A stretch of 24,296 nt of DNA from a virus, in IMG/VR virus record IMGVR_UViG_3300037245_003526, positions 1 through 24,296 of that record; one strand, 5' to 3'. Shown piece by piece: positions 17,378 to 24,296 of the stretch (positions are counted from its first letter, which is position 1; each line of letters starts with the position of its first letter). A program made the translations under genes and the position numbers. The notes under the pieces were generated by a model. It searched no databases. It worked only from the letters and a program-made list of their open reading frames with translations, and was not told where the DNA came from.

Positions 17378-18820
17378 TTAGAAATATGAGTTCATTATAT
17401 TTTTCATTTCCTCTATCTTTGGATTAAGTTTTCCAGCAAATAAAAGTGTATAAAATCTAATCATATCACCTTCTATCTTTGATAGAGGAATCCCTGTCAA
17501 TCTTTTTCCTGAATAAATATTACAGAAATTAACTCTGGATGTTCTTCCTACGAAAAAACTCATTATATCGTATGGTAATATTTTTGTAGTAAATCCAAAA
17601 AAGTTTTCAACACTTTGTTGAATATTTATAAAACCAAGTTCATTATTAACATTTTTAATTTTATATGTTGTAGCATTTGCTGGTTGACTTACTGGATAAA
17701 ATTCAAGTAAACTGAATAAATCACTGTATTCATTCTTAAATACTTTTTTCAAAATTGAGTGTATATAAACAGATAAAATAGCAGAATACTCTGGTGAAAC
17801 TGTTGAAAAATAACTGTATGGAATATCTGTCATTTCTGATAAAAGTGGAAATATTAAACAATCACTTAGAGGTGAGATATATTCAATAGAAGTGATACGA
17901 TTATGAAAATCATTAACTCTTTTATCATTTGCATCATCTTCTATAATAAAACGACTTTCTGATTCAATAGCTTCATGAATTTGTTCATATGCTATAACCT
18001 TTAATTTACCTAATGTATCATTAAAGGAATATGTTTTTAAATTATCTCTATCTGAACTATGAATATCTTCTGTAGAAATCTCATCATCATAAATCATAAC
18101 TCTTTTATAAACAGATCGTAAGAACCATTTAACTGATTCATCTACTACACCAACAAAATATGTAATTGGATTTTTCTGTTCTTCACATAATACCACAATT
18201 GAATTCATTATGAAGTTGAATATTTCATCAGCATGAGTATCTATAGTTTTACAATGCATATTCTTTAAATACTCCCACATATATGCATCAGTAAGATTAT
18301 ATCTATATGTTTTAGTCTTAACAACATTCAAAATTTTACTTACAATTTGTTTTTCGATAATTTCATCAATAATTATATTATAAAGTTTTTTATTAATCTT
18401 TTTAGGAAGTTTTAAATCACTATTAAATAAAACTGAAAATATTTTAAGATAATTTGAAGTTCTTATAATGCTTTTAATCTCATTTGGCTCAAATAGAATA
18501 GTTCCTTTTTTAACTTTCTTTCTATTTACAAAAGTCTCATAATCAATTTGTAAATTATCAATGTATTCATCAACGAATTCCTTAAGTTTATTAATATTAT
18601 CAACCATATCTTTAAGTTCTAATGATCCTAAATTAAGAAATATATCTATAAACCATTCATCAAATGATTCTCCAATTTGAATGGATAGTCTTTCTATGAA
18701 ATCAGTAATTATGAAAAATTTGTTTGTTATTGTGGATGAATCTAAATTAAGAGTTTTAACCATCTCATCATCCTTGAAAATGTTCCATTTTTTAGTTTGC
18801 TGCTTTTCGAATTTTAGCAT
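17378..18820 (-). CDS. hypothetical protein (480 aa)
   Basis: AAAGGAAGG Shine-Dalgarno, ATG start. No motif recognised. Confidence 0.55.
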   Translation of the reverse strand: MLKFEKQQTKKWNIFKDDEMVKTLNLDSSTITNKFFIITDFIERLSIQIGESFDEWFIDIFLNLGSLELKDMVDNINKLKEFVDEYIDNLQIDYETFVNRKKVKKGTILFEPNEIKSIIRTSNYLKIFSVLFNSDLKLPKKINKKLYNIIIDEIIEKQIVSKILNVVKTKTYRYNLTDAYMWEYLKNMHCKTIDTHADEIFNFIMNSIVVLCEEQKNPITYFVGVVDESVKWFLRSVYKRVMIYDDEISTEDIHSSDRDNLKTYSFNDTLGKLKVIAYEQIHEAIESESRFIIEDDANDKRVNDFHNRITSIEYISPLSDCLIFPLLSEMTDIPYSYFSTVSPEYSAILSVYIHSILKKVFKNEYSDLFSLLEFYPVSQPANATTYKIKNVNNELGFINIQQSVENFFGFTTKILPYDIMSFFVGRTSRVNFCNIYSGKRLTGIPLSKIEGDMIRFYTLLFAGKLNPKIEEMKNIMNSYF

Positions 18821-18910
18821 AGAATTCCTTCCTTTTTGTGGAAATTTCGTATTCCATTATAAACCAAGTTGTTATATATATTCATTTATGAGTAAAACTC
18901 TTCGAGAAGA

Positions 18911-18945
18911 GTAGTGCGACTAAGAACTCATCCTAGTCGCACTAC
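18911..18945. other. GC-rich perfect 12-bp stem (GTAGTGCGACTA / TAGTCGCACTAC) with an 11-nt loop, between two - strand genes
   Basis: Read directly. There is no clear U-tract on either strand. It is a GC island in an AT-rich spacer. Confidence 0.6.
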
Positions 18946-18969
18946 CGGGTTATCTACTATAAATATTAA

Positions 18970-20121
18970 CTATCCATTTATAGCAGCGAGGGCATTTATC
19001 ATTTGCTCAGGAATGACCAACACACGCTCAACAACATCTTCCAGGATTGTCTTTGCATTTATGTTTTTCTCAAGGGTTGTGAATTTTGCAAGAGCATTAA
19101 ACAAACCCCAGCTGGTAATATTTGCACGCTGTCCTTCTTCTCCAAACGCTTCTGTAATAATAACAGAAATATCTTCACGTCTTTTCTTCCCAGCTTTCTT
19201 TTCGATAAGGTCCAGAAGTTTCATCATATCATCTTCAGTAACAGGACTTTGAATATTCGCAGTAATCATGTCACCAATATTCTGTGTGAAAACAGTAACA
19301 TATTCACCCATTGCTGAACTCAAAATAGTGGAGGCACCTTCGATGTGAATCTGACGAATGTAACCAAGTTTGTTCTTTGAACCGAATCTTACATCCCCAT
19401 CATCACCGCTACTGAAATACATCCCGAATGTAATATCCGCTGCCTTGGTTCCGTCATAACTATTTCTGACACTTATCATCGGAAATACATCTCCAACCTG
19501 GGCAACGTTCTGGGCATTTGAAATAATTATTTCATGTCTCATTGTGGCAAAATTTGCGGAGAGATAGTTCTCTTCACTAAATACCGGAGAACCAACTTCG
19601 GATAAAGACTCCTTTATTCTGTCAATCAGAGCAGCATTACCCTCAAACTTATAAAAATTGGATATTGGACCAACATATTTCCATACAGAATCAGCTGCAA
19701 TACTCTTTGTAAATATTGCAATATGAGGAATAAGGGTATCTGCTATTGGGTTATGTTCCCCACCCATTGTTACAAGATTCATATAAGCAACTTCACTGCG
19801 GGTATCAACATAATGAAAACAACCAGGAGATAATGTAACCAAACCCATATCAGTTGCTCTATCTGCAAAGTCCTTACGTACAGGATCTGCTGGTGCTTCC
19901 TGGGTATCTTCCCCGGCGTCTGTATCATCAGTTGTGTCAGTTGCTTCAGTTGCTTCAGGAGTAAGATCTCCCTCAGTCTCAGATCCGATATCATTAGCTG
20001 CAAGAGCTTCCTCAAGATTTTCAAGATTTTCAATATCAAGATCACCATTTGCTGCTACGTCTGTGTCTACATTTTCTGTACCTTCAGTTGCTACGTTTTC
20101 TGCTGCATTTTGATCAATCAT
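18970..20121 (-). CDS. hypothetical protein with an approximately 80-aa acidic D/E/T-rich N-terminus (383 aa); compositionally atypical
   Basis: Long ORF with ATG and an AAAGGA Shine-Dalgarno. GC content (about 40%) and codon usage (GCC, CTG, CGT) clearly differ from the flanking genes (about 28-30% GC). Confidence 0.55.
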   Translation of the reverse strand: MIDQNAAENVATEGTENVDTDVAANGDLDIENLENLEEALAANDIGSETEGDLTPEATEATDTTDDTDAGEDTQEAPADPVRKDFADRATDMGLVTLSPGCFHYVDTRSEVAYMNLVTMGGEHNPIADTLIPHIAIFTKSIAADSVWKYVGPISNFYKFEGNAALIDRIKESLSEVGSPVFSEENYLSANFATMRHEIIISNAQNVAQVGDVFPMISVRNSYDGTKAADITFGMYFSSGDDGDVRFGSKNKLGYIRQIHIEGASTILSSAMGEYVTVFTQNIGDMITANIQSPVTEDDMMKLLDLIEKKAGKKRREDISVIITEAFGEEGQRANITSWGLFNALAKFTTLEKNINAKTILEDVVERVLVIPEQMINALAAING

Positions 20122-20201
20122 TTTTTTTCCTTTCAGATTTCATTTAAGTTAATTAATTAATTACTTCCTTTCGTTACTTCTCTAAAAAATTTACTACCTT
20201 T

Positions 20202-20576
20202 CTAATACCCTCCTTCTCCCTTAATAATTGTTATATTTTCAGGTACACTTCCTTCCTCTATTCCCTCATGACAAAGTGTAATCTCTGCACCTCCTCCTCC
20301 ATCACCTTCATCTGATGCTTGGAAGATTAATACTGTACCACCTCCTTCAATAATTTGTTTACATTGTTCATATTCTTCATTTTTATCAAAATAGTTTTCT
20401 TTCCATAATTCATCAAGCTGAGTAATAGTTTTTGCAACTTCTGAACCATGATCACTATATTCTACTTCATATACTGTAGTAATTGTTATAGGAACACTTT
20501 TAGCATTAGGATCCTTAATACCTAAAATAAATGAAGCACTTGATGAATTAGTTACAAAGTCTCCCTTGATTTTCAT
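20202..20576 (-). CDS. small acidic protein, paralog P1 of an N-terminally conserved family (124 aa)
   Basis: N-terminus MKIKGDFVTNSSSASFI. GGAGGGTGATAA Shine-Dalgarno. Translationally coupled to the upstream lipoprotein gene. Confidence 0.6.
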   Translation of the reverse strand: MKIKGDFVTNSSSASFILGIKDPNAKSVPITITTVYEVEYSDHGSEVAKTITQLDELWKENYFDKNEEYEQCKQIIEGGGTVLIFQASDEGDGGGGAEITLCHEGIEEGSVPENITIIKGEGGY

Positions 20577-20579
20577 TTA

Positions 20580-21164
20580 TCACCCTCCACAAGATATAGA
20601 TTTATAATCACCCCATTCATCTTCTACTGCTACATAATAAAGTTTTCTACCAATATAAAGTATAACCTTACTATCACCTTCTTTCCTTTCACAGTCCAAT
20701 AATAAATCATTTGAAAATTTAAATGATTCAAACTCATCTGATTGATCCCCACTTGAAGGAGCCGTATAATTATCAGTACCTATCAAACGAGCATACCATT
20801 CAGGGTCCAACTTATCAAACTTGGCACCATCATATGTTTTAATATTACTTTCAGCAGTATATGAATGGGTAAGTACAGTATCATTTGTAGATATAATTAT
20901 ATCCTTAATATCTATAAATGCCATAGCTGATTCTGATGGTTTAACTTTTCTCTGTCTTATTGCTTCTCTAACAAAATTTAGACGATCAGTTCTACCACTA
21001 CCCTTTGAATATCCCCATACATCAGCACATTTATCATATAATATTTTTTCTTTCATTGTCATTTTTTCAAAGGTTAGATTATACTTTTCCTCACCTTCAA
21101 TAGAATCACATCCAGTAAATAATAACAACAACATAAGGGGAATAAAAAGCATTATGTATTTCAT
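20580..21164 (-). CDS. predicted lipoprotein (194 aa)
   Basis: Signal peptide MKYIMLFIPLMLLLLFTGC with the lipobox LFTG|C, followed by a hydrophilic mature domain. Confidence 0.65.
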   Translation of the reverse strand: MKYIMLFIPLMLLLLFTGCDSIEGEEKYNLTFEKMTMKEKILYDKCADVWGYSKGSGRTDRLNFVREAIRQRKVKPSESAMAFIDIKDIIISTNDTVLTHSYTAESNIKTYDGAKFDKLDPEWYARLIGTDNYTAPSSGDQSDEFESFKFSNDLLLDCERKEGDSKVILYIGRKLYYVAVEDEWGDYKSISCGG

Positions 21165-21191
21165 AAATCATTTCCTTTCACTTTTCAAGGT

Positions 21192-21794
21192 TTATTTAAT
21201 TCTTTCAGCAATAAATCTAAGATAAATATCTCTACCATCAAATTCAAAATTTTCATCAAGATGCATTAATCTAAATCTTCCTTCATAGGTAAAGAAAAAG
21301 TTAGCTCGTTCTTTTGTCCATATTGAAGCATGTGGGCAAGATGGTTCATTAAGGAGTTCATAGGTGAGAGTTATGTTATGCTTTAAAAAATCAATATCTA
21401 ATACTTTCTCATTTAAAAGCATGTTTGCTAAAATTTTATAATTAGGAACAATTATATCAAGTATCCCTCCTATTTTTAAAGCAGTACTCATTTGATAGAT
21501 AGCAGATAAGACATCACTCTCAGGGATATGTTCAAGAAATCTATATGCAACTATCTTATCAACTTGAAAATTAATTCCATTTAAAACTTTAAACACATCA
21601 TCATCAAGATATATAATTCTGCTTTTATCTCTTGGTTCATCCTCTATTGACCATCTAGTTACCATATCCCTAAGATCTGCTAATCTTTCCCCAGTAAAAT
21701 AACCAGTATCAATATTAATAAGAAAATATGGATTCTTCAACTCCAAAGGTAATAGTTTACCTGCTCCTAAATTTAAAATAACTTCTTCTCTCAT
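21192..21794 (-). CDS. class I SAM-dependent methyltransferase-like protein (about 200 aa)
   Basis: Motif I-like VILNLGAGK. Acidic residue at the end of beta-2 (LINIDTG). Motif II/III-like IVAYRFLEHIPESD, comparable to the LEHVPDPE of Methyltransf_11/23 enzymes. The likely start is the ATG at 21794, preceded by AAAGGGGGTAGA. The track ORF starts 5 codons earlier at 21809. Confidence 0.5.
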   Translation of the reverse strand: MREEVILNLGAGKLLPLELKNPYFLINIDTGYFTGERLADLRDMVTRWSIEDEPRDKSRIIYLDDDVFKVLNGINFQVDKIVAYRFLEHIPESDVLSAIYQMSTALKIGGILDIIVPNYKILANMLLNEKVLDIDFLKHNITLTYELLNEPSCPHASIWTKERANFFFTYEGRFRLMHLDENFEFDGRDIYLRFIAERIK

Positions 21795-21808
21795 TCTACC
21801 CCCTTTCA

Positions 21809-22198
21809 TTAACCATTATAACCACAATATGTTTGAGATGTTACTTCATCAATTGTTATGATAATTCCTTTTTCCTTTAGTTGTTTTACCACTCTTTCTT
21901 TTAACTGAGAAACAGTTTCATCATCCTTCATTTGAAAAGGGGATATTCCAATTTGAATACAATCACCATCATAATCATGATAATTAATTAGATCATTTCC
22001 CTTGCATACTAATTCTCCCAATTCATACATTTCTAGAGTCTCAGTAGTTAAGGCAGGATTTTCCGGATTGTCTTCGTTATGAAGAATAACCAATTCTTTA
22101 TCATATTCTTTTTTAAATTGGTAATCCTCCTTCAATATACCCCACGCTACAAAAGATGTAGATGAACTATTTGTTACAAAATCTGCTTTTAATTTCAT
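21809..22198 (-). CDS. small acidic protein, paralog P2 (129 aa from the second ATG)
   Basis: N-terminus MKLKADFVTNSSSTSFV when started at the ATG at 22198. The upstream in-frame ATG at 22213 is followed by AAAGGAAAT, which serves as the Shine-Dalgarno for 22198. Confidence 0.6.
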   Translation of the reverse strand: MKLKADFVTNSSSTSFVAWGILKEDYQFKKEYDKELVILHNEDNPENPALTTETLEMYELGELVCKGNDLINYHDYDGDCIQIGISPFQMKDDETVSQLKERVVKQLKEKGIIITIDEVTSQTYCGYNG

Positions 22199-22238
22199 AT
22201 TATTTCCTTTCATTTTTTTAGTAAATAGACGGAATAAT

Positions 22239-22268
22239 GGGGGCAGATCCTAGCCTGGACCCACCCCC
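22239..22268. other. GC-rich hairpin (GGGGG...CCCCC enclosing a TCC/GGA inner stem) between tRNA-Ile and P2
   Basis: Read directly. GGGGG at 22239-22243 and CCCCC at 22264-22268. Unusual in this AT-rich context. No U-tract. Confidence 0.5.
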
Positions 22269-22279
22269 TCTCTTAGTAT

Positions 22280-22352
22280 TCATAACAATGGGAATCGAAC
22301 CCATGTTCTCATGTTTATCAGACATGTGCTTAACCAATTAAGCTATGTTATA
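22280..22352 (-). tRNA. tRNA-Ile (anticodon GAU), 73 nt, no encoded CCA
   Basis: Manual cloverleaf: acceptor TATAACA/TGTTATG (with a U1-G72 wobble), D arm GCTT-AATTGGTT-AAGC, anticodon arm CATGT-CTGATAA-ACATG, variable loop AGAAC, T arm ATGGG-TTCGATT-CCCAT, discriminator A. Confidence 0.85.
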
Positions 22353-22436
22353 TTGGTGCAGTTACGTTAATAACCGCAGGGTTACATCAAAAATGCTTTT
22401 CATTGAGTACCAATCTAAATATGACAAATATCCCTT

Positions 22437-22461
22437 TGCTCTACCGCTGAGCTACACGCCA
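22437..22461 (-). other. tRNA 5' half (acceptor strand TGGCGTG, then TA, then a canonical D arm GCTC-AGCGGTA-GAGC, then A) with no contiguous 3' portion
   Basis: Read directly as the reverse complement of TGCTCTACCGCTGAGCTACACGCCA. The downstream 85 nt cannot complete a cloverleaf. Confidence 0.5.
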
Positions 22462-22505
22462 GTAATTAAAAAATTATATAAACTTTAATTTATATAATTA
22501 TGTAA

Positions 22506-22540
22506 TGGCTGGCGTGACGGGATTTGAACCCGTGCATAGA
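22506..22540 (-). other. tRNA 3' half (variable region, T arm ACGGG-TTCAAAT-CCCGT, acceptor strand CACGCCA, discriminator G, encoded CCA) lying upstream of the 5' half
   Basis: Read directly as the reverse complement of TGGCTGGCGTGACGGGATTTGAACCCGTGCATAGAG. Its acceptor strand is a perfect 7/7 complement of the 5' half located 44 nt downstream on the same strand. Confidence 0.5.
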
Positions 22541-22634
22541 GAAAAATTATATGATTAAGTACCAACTATTGGGCAACAATGCATTTATAAGCTTGTTGGT
22601 TCGTAATTTAAAATAAGGATAATCTATCTGTGGA

Positions 22635-22652
22635 TCCAACATAATTGTTGGA
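22635..22652. other. perfect 7-bp stem / 4-nt loop hairpin (TCCAACA-TAAT-TGTTGGA)
   Basis: Read directly. It is part of a structured approximately 170-nt region (22547-22721) with further CCAAC/GTTGG pairings. Confidence 0.4.
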
Positions 22653-22721
22653 CAGAAATAATGAGGAATATAAGTATAAGCTTGAACCAATTTCAATAAT
22701 ATGTTCTCATCAATTAAGTAA

Positions 22722-23492
22722 TTATCCCTTAATTGCGCCATGTATGTAACTAAATATTTCTTTACCAACCTGACGAGATTCAACTTCAGTTCCATTTGCT
22801 CTTTGCCTTGACCTCTTTATTGCTCGAGCAAGTTTATCAATCCTGGCAAGAATTGCTGATTTCTGAGATGGGGAAACCATACCGCACCATCTGTGTGTTG
22901 AATATTCACCAATTGCACTATTCTCAACCCACTCTTTTATCTGGGCAGGATGATGATCAGTGGCATCGTACATAACCTTACTTTGCTGAGTTTTTTCAGT
23001 TTTCTGATCCTTAACCATATTATCATCCTGAAATACTCCTTCACCAATATCAGGAGCTTCTACCCATTTTATTCCAGGAGGAAGTGTAGGAATCTTGCTA
23101 TAAACATCCCTGAGTGTACTCAACTCATACTCCATTTCAAGAAGAAATGTAACTGGAACATTTTCTGCTATTGTAATTCCATCCACAGCTATGTCCGATT
23201 TAGCAAGACAGTTTCCACTTTCCTTTTGAAGCTTGGCATCCCAGAATTTTATGAAGCTCTCGGACATATAGTCAAGTTTATCCTGAACTGTTGTGGTGAT
23301 TTCCTGATGTTCTTCAGTATTCTCTTTTTGTCTGGCATCATCAAACATCCTTAAACTACGATGCTGACCATGAAAATGAGAGACTCTCTTTAAAAATGTT
23401 TGCTCAGTCTCAGTTTTGATTTTTTCTTTTGCTCCTTTGAGACTTCCTACCACTGCCAAAATTTCGTGTAAAACTGGTTTTTTCTTAGACAT
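22722..23492 (-). CDS. hypothetical protein (256 aa from the second ATG); compositionally atypical
   Basis: The ATG at 23492 (MSKKKPVLHEI...) is preceded by AAAGGAAAATTTAAA. The first ATG at 23510 lacks a Shine-Dalgarno. GC is about 40%, against about 29% for its neighbours. Confidence 0.55.
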   Translation of the reverse strand: MSKKKPVLHEILAVVGSLKGAKEKIKTETEQTFLKRVSHFHGQHRSLRMFDDARQKENTEEHQEITTTVQDKLDYMSESFIKFWDAKLQKESGNCLAKSDIAVDGITIAENVPVTFLLEMEYELSTLRDVYSKIPTLPPGIKWVEAPDIGEGVFQDDNMVKDQKTEKTQQSKVMYDATDHHPAQIKEWVENSAIGEYSTHRWCGMVSPSQKSAILARIDKLARAIKRSRQRANGTEVESRQVGKEIFSYIHGAIKG

Positions 23493-23524
23493 TTTAAATT
23501 TTCCTTTCATTAAATTAAAGTTGA

Positions 23525-23884
23525 TTAATCATGCTGAATTTCTATTCCTACTACTTTAAAACCATAAGCATCTTGATATTCAGATACAAAAGTATCAAGA
23601 GCTAGATACTTCATATAATCTGGTATATCTTCATAACCATTGTACATGGACGTCCATTCCTCTATAATAAAAGTATTTGGTTTTGAGTCCTCTTTAATAT
23701 CTGATCCATCCCAAAACCTCATATTTTTAGAAAATCCATGCCAATTATCGTTACCCTTAAACCATTCAATAAACTTACCGAATTGGTTTTTAAACTCTTC
23801 AATACCCGTATCTTCTTTTGTCTCCACTGTTAAAACAAAAGATGCAGAAGAACTATTTGTAATGAAGTCTGCTTTTGCTTTCAT
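23525..23884 (-). CDS. small acidic protein, paralog P3 (119 aa)
   Basis: N-terminus MKAKADFITNSSSASFV. AAGGAGGGAGGTGAT Shine-Dalgarno. Confidence 0.6.
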   Translation of the reverse strand: MKAKADFITNSSSASFVLTVETKEDTGIEEFKNQFGKFIEWFKGNDNWHGFSKNMRFWDGSDIKEDSKPNTFIIEEWTSMYNGYEDIPDYMKYLALDTFVSEYQDAYGFKVVGIEIQHD

Positions 23885-23897
23885 ATCACCTCCCTCC

Positions 23898-24296
23898 TTA
23901 ATGATTGTTTTCCGCTATTATTATTAAATTGGGTGTTTCTATATTTATACCCGCCATATCCATAGCTCCAGAAAATTTTGTTCCAGAGATTTCACCATCA
24001 TTATCACCAATACCAATTGCAAAAACTGAATTAAAACCCTCTGCTTTTAATTCAATTATATTTTCTATAATATTATCATCAAAAGCTTCATCTAATGTTT
24101 TTATATTTGGAAACATCCAATGCTTCTTTTCACCTGGTTTATCTTCTCTTATACTCATATCAAGTTGTCGTATAAGGTCCCAAATATTGAATGAATAATC
24201 CCATAATTGATTATTAACCTTATCTTCAATTGTAGTTTTATTATTAATAAGAGCTTTATATAAATTAATCTTATCACCCTTAAATATAAAGATATA
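23898..24296 (-). CDS. hypothetical protein, 5'-truncated by the window edge (at least 133 aa)
   Basis: The reading frame stays open on the - strand from the window end (…YIFIFKGDKINLYKALINNK…LDMSIREDKPGEKKHW…). The track's Met at 24158 is internal. Confidence 0.5.
   Translation of the reverse strand, partial: YIFIFKGDKINLYKALINNKTTIEDKVNNQLWDYSFNIWDLIRQLDMSIREDKPGEKKHWMFPNIKTLDEAFDDNIIENIIELKAEGFNSVFAIGIGDNDGEISGTKFSGAMDMAGINIETPNLIIIAENNH

Noticed and set aside
22437-22461. Attempt to complete the tRNA 5' half into a conventional tRNA using the following 85 nt, including a long-variable-arm or intron-containing model
   Set aside because: No segment complementary to TGGCGTG exists downstream before tRNA-Ile begins. 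The only matching acceptor strand lies upstream, in the permuted position.
22547-22795. 82-aa ORF on the - strand spanning the tRNA 3' half flank and the 3' end of the 256-aa gene
   Set aside because: It overlaps a well-supported gene out of frame. It has no Shine-Dalgarno. It covers the structured RNA region. It is probably spurious.
1-24296. Search for CRISPR arrays, tandem direct repeats, IS or transposase genes, toxin-antitoxin pairs
   Set aside because: No spaced direct repeats, transposase-like ORFs or terminal inverted repeats were seen. The only repeated elements are the paralog N-termini, the tRNA-half acceptor sequences and the Shine-Dalgarno-spacer cassette.

Overview
The window reads as a segment of a tailed-phage (myovirus-like) genome from a low-GC Gram-positive host. 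It is very AT-rich, has strong GGAGG/AAAGGGGG Shine-Dalgarno sites before nearly every gene, and encodes a lipobox lipoprotein. No integrase, att site, CRISPR array or IS element was found.

Layout, in order:
- 71-6257 (+ strand) is a baseplate module: a gp25/GPW-like wedge protein, a large baseplate-J/gp6-like protein and several unknowns.
- 6280-24296 (- strand) converges on that module as one long leftward gene train. In transcription order it runs: partial gene, paralog P3, a 256-aa protein, a tRNA region, paralog P2, a SAM methyltransferase, a lipoprotein, paralog P1, a 383-aa protein with an acidic N-terminus, a 480-aa protein, a 105-aa protein, an ATP-dependent ligase, three small proteins (one HTH-like), a 68-aa and a 410-aa protein, a 492-nt structured intergenic region, the large terminase, an HExxH protein, a GTG-start tape measure protein, and a tail/baseplate protein.

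The most interesting part is the accessory island at about 20200-24296:
- It holds three diverged small acidic paralogs whose first ~17 residues are conserved at the protein level but not at the codon level (MKxK[A/G]DF[V/I]TNSSS[A/T]SF[V/I]).
- It contains a tRNA-Ile(GAU) gene.
- It contains two tRNA halves with perfectly complementary acceptor arms, arranged in circularly permuted order (3' half with encoded CCA, a 44-nt AT-rich spacer, then the 5' half).
- Two genes in the gene train have clearly higher GC than their surroundings.

Everything here comes from reading the sequence. No database searches were run, so functional calls rest on motifs and are mostly tentative.
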